Assembly (NCBI GenBank): GCA_036785375.1
Contig: JAWMAR010000388.1
Span: 1-64,000, forward strand
Origin: Leucoraja ocellata
Lineage: Eukaryota
Direction: 5' to 3'
DNA: 64,000 nucleotides
The stretch's first letter is position 1. Each line of letters starts with the position of its first letter. A program made the position numbers and the translations under genes. Shown piece after piece: positions 61,436 to 64,000 of the stretch. The notes under the pieces were generated by a model. The model was not told the origin of the DNA. It made no database searches and worked only from the letters and a program-made list of their open reading frames with translations.

Positions 61436-63950
61436 GGCAAGGCAAGGCAAGGCAAGGCAACTTTATTTATATAGCACATTTCATACACGAGGCAGACTCA
61501 AAGTGCTTCACATAAAAACATATCATACAATAAAATTAAATAATAAAATGAAATAAAATAGAACTAAAAGAAAAGAAAAGCAAAATTAAAAATGAATTAT
61601 AAAATGTGCAAAAGTTAAAAGTGCAATGTAGTTAAGATTTAGCTGAAAGCTAAAGTAAACATAAAAGTTTTCAGTCTTATTTTAAAAGTGGTCAAAGTTG
61701 AGGCAAGTCTTAAATCTTCAGGAAGTTTATTCCAGCTATTTGTTGCATAGTAACTAAATCCTGCTTTCCCATGTTTTGTATTTACTCTGGGAATCACTAA
61801 CAGATTGGTTTCAGAAGATCTTAGCGGTCTAGAAGGCTTATATAGTGGAAGCATGTCAGTGATATACTTTGGTCCTAAACCATGTAGTGATTTATAGGAG
61901 AGCAGCAGGATTTTAAAATCAATTCTCTGACATACAGGGAGCCAATGTAAGGATTTAAGAATTGGTGTAATGTGTTCAAATTTTTTGCTCTTTGTTAGAA
62001 CTCTAGCAACAGCGTTCTGAACAAGCTGTAGCTGCCTGACAGTTTTTTTAGGAAGACCTGCAAGGAGACCGTTACAATAATCTAGCCTGCTATTAATAAA
62101 GGCATGTACAAGTTTTTCTAAGTCTTAAGCTGACATGAGTCCTCTTAATCTTGCTACGTTTTTGAGGTGATAGTAGGCCGATTTTGTTACTGATTTGATG
62201 TGACTGTCGAAATTTAAATCTGAATCCATAATGACCCCAAGATTTCTGGCTTTGTTTGACGTTTTCAGGGTCAGAGAGTGAAGGTGTTGGGTTACTTTAA
62301 GCCTTTCTTTTTTAGCACCAAAAACAATTATCTCCGTTTTGTCCTTATTTAGTTGGAGGACATTTTGGCACACCCAGTCTTTGACTTGCTCAATGCACTG
62401 GCACAGCAGATCTATGGGGCGATAGTCATTTGGTGATAGCGCTACATACATTTGAGTGTCATCGGCATAGAAGTGGTGGTCAATATTATTATTTTGCATG
62501 ATTTGCCCTAGTGGGAGCATGTAGATGTTGAATAAAGAGGGCCCTAAGATCCAACCTTGCGGGACTCCACACGTCACGTTGGTTGGTTCTGATACAAAGT
62601 CACCAATGGAAACAAAATAGTTCCTATCTTGTAAATATGACCTGAACCAACTTAAGACTGTGCCTGAGAGCCCCACCCATTTTTCCAACCTGTCCAAAAG
62701 TATTGAGTGATCAACAGTGTCGAATGCAGCACTGAGGTCTAATAGTATTAATATTGAAACTTTGCCAGAGTCTGTGTTAAGACGGATGTCGTTTACAACT
62801 TTATTAAGGGCGGTCTCGGTGCTATGAAGAGGTCGAAATCCTGAATGGAAGTTGTCGTAGCAGCCAGTTGAAGCCAGGAAGTGATTAAGTTGCTGGAGGC
62901 CAACTTTCTCAATGATTTTACTTATGAAAGATAGGTTTGATATTGGTCTATAGTTGTTAATAATAGAGGCATCTAGGCTCCGCTTTTTTAAAAGAGGTTT
63001 AATAACTGCAGTTTTCAAGGCTTTTGGGAAATTGCCTGATTGAAGAGAGCTGTTAACTATTTGCAGTATGTCTATTGCTAGGCAGTCAAAAACATTCTTA
63101 AAGAAGTTGGTAGGTAAAGCATCAAGGCAGCAGGTGGATGGCCTTAGTTGTGTCACCGTTTCCACAAGAGTTTTAGAGTCTATGACATTAAAGCATGTCA
63201 TCATTGCCACGTTACCTTTGCCTAACAGGGTGGTGATCCAACATTTTTATTTGAAGCGGTGATATTGATGGCACGTCTGATGCCTTCAATTTTATGAGTA
63301 TAAAATAATGCAAACTCATTGCATTTCTGCGTGGAATGGAGTTCAGGTGGTATTTGTGTTGGGGGGTTGGTCAGTCTGTCAACAGTTGCAAATAGGGTTT
63401 TTGCCTTATTAAGGTTGTTGTTAATGATATTGGAGAAAAATGTTTCTCTAGCACTTTTTAAGTCTAAATTGTAGGCACGGAGACTCTCTTTATAGATGTC
63501 ATGGTGAATATGAAGTTTTGTTTTCCGCCAGATGCGTTCAGCTTTCCAGCATTCTCTTTTCTGGGCTGTTACAAAAGCAGCTTTTCTCCAGGGTGCCTTT
63601 TGCTTACCAGAAATCGTTTTAACCGTAATAGATGCAATGACATCTATAACTTTCACAATTTTGGAATTAAAGTTATCTACAAGATCATCAGCAGAACATG
63701 GGTTTAGAGGAGGTAACAAGGAGATGGCATTTTTAAAGAGTACATTAGAATGTTCATTTATATACCGTTTTTTGACAGTATTTGATTTTGTCTGTATGTC
63801 GGGAATAAAATATATATTAAAGAAAACACAGAAGTGGTCAGACAATGAAGGATCAGTCACGAAAATATCAGAAACATTGAGACCCTTAGTGATAATCAAG
63901 TCCAGGGTGTGCCCCTTACAATGAGTAGCCTCTTTCACATGTTGAGTAAA
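61436..63950 (-). mobile_element. L2-clade LINE, 5'-truncated, with (TTGCC)n tail
   Basis: ORFs 63222..63938 (THCKGHTLDL, LSDH), 62125..63210 (HSTETAL, GVPQG, FYADD) and 61639..61854; ggcaa repeats at 61436-61460. Confidence 0.93.
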
Positions 63951-64000
63951 TCCCTATAACCCCCTCTAAACCCCCTATAACCCCCTCTAAACCCATCTAA
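63951..64000 (-). repeat. Telomere-like 10-11-bp tandem repeat (complement of 1363-1500 type), runs off window end
   Basis: ccctataac cccctctaaa ccccctataa ccccctctaa acccatctaa. Confidence 0.7.

Overview
Vertebrate genomic DNA from a cartilaginous fish, probably a skate (inferred from the IgM sequence and repeat families), with six assembly gaps. The only host gene I can support is one complete immunoglobulin heavy-chain IgM (mu) 'multicluster' unit on the minus strand (about 13.6-26.2 kb): leader, VH, JH, CH1-CH4 with secretory tailpiece, TM1 and TM2. All exons are open and have GT/AG, phase-compatible junctions. The cluster is unusual. The VH has no 23-RSS of its own. It is already fused in frame to an 18-nt D-like segment followed by a 12-RSS facing a 23-RSS JH, so it is a partially germline-joined V(D)D-J gene needing only one RAG step. 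It also has Leu in place of the canonical FR2 Trp, an extra CH1 Cys and a Tyr-Gly variant of the TM Tyr-Ser motif. The rest of the window is nested mobile elements: CR1, L2, L1, Rex1/Babar, Hero-like RLE non-LTR, Penelope (with hammerhead-like motifs), a DIRS tyrosine-recombinase element, a non-autonomous Helitron, a hAT-like element with a 5-bp TSD, a palindromic MITE and V-SINEs. There is also a 37-bp E-box/AGCT tandem repeat and a telomere-like decamer repeat at both window ends. Repeat boundaries are approximate; Ig exon and RSS coordinates were read base by base.
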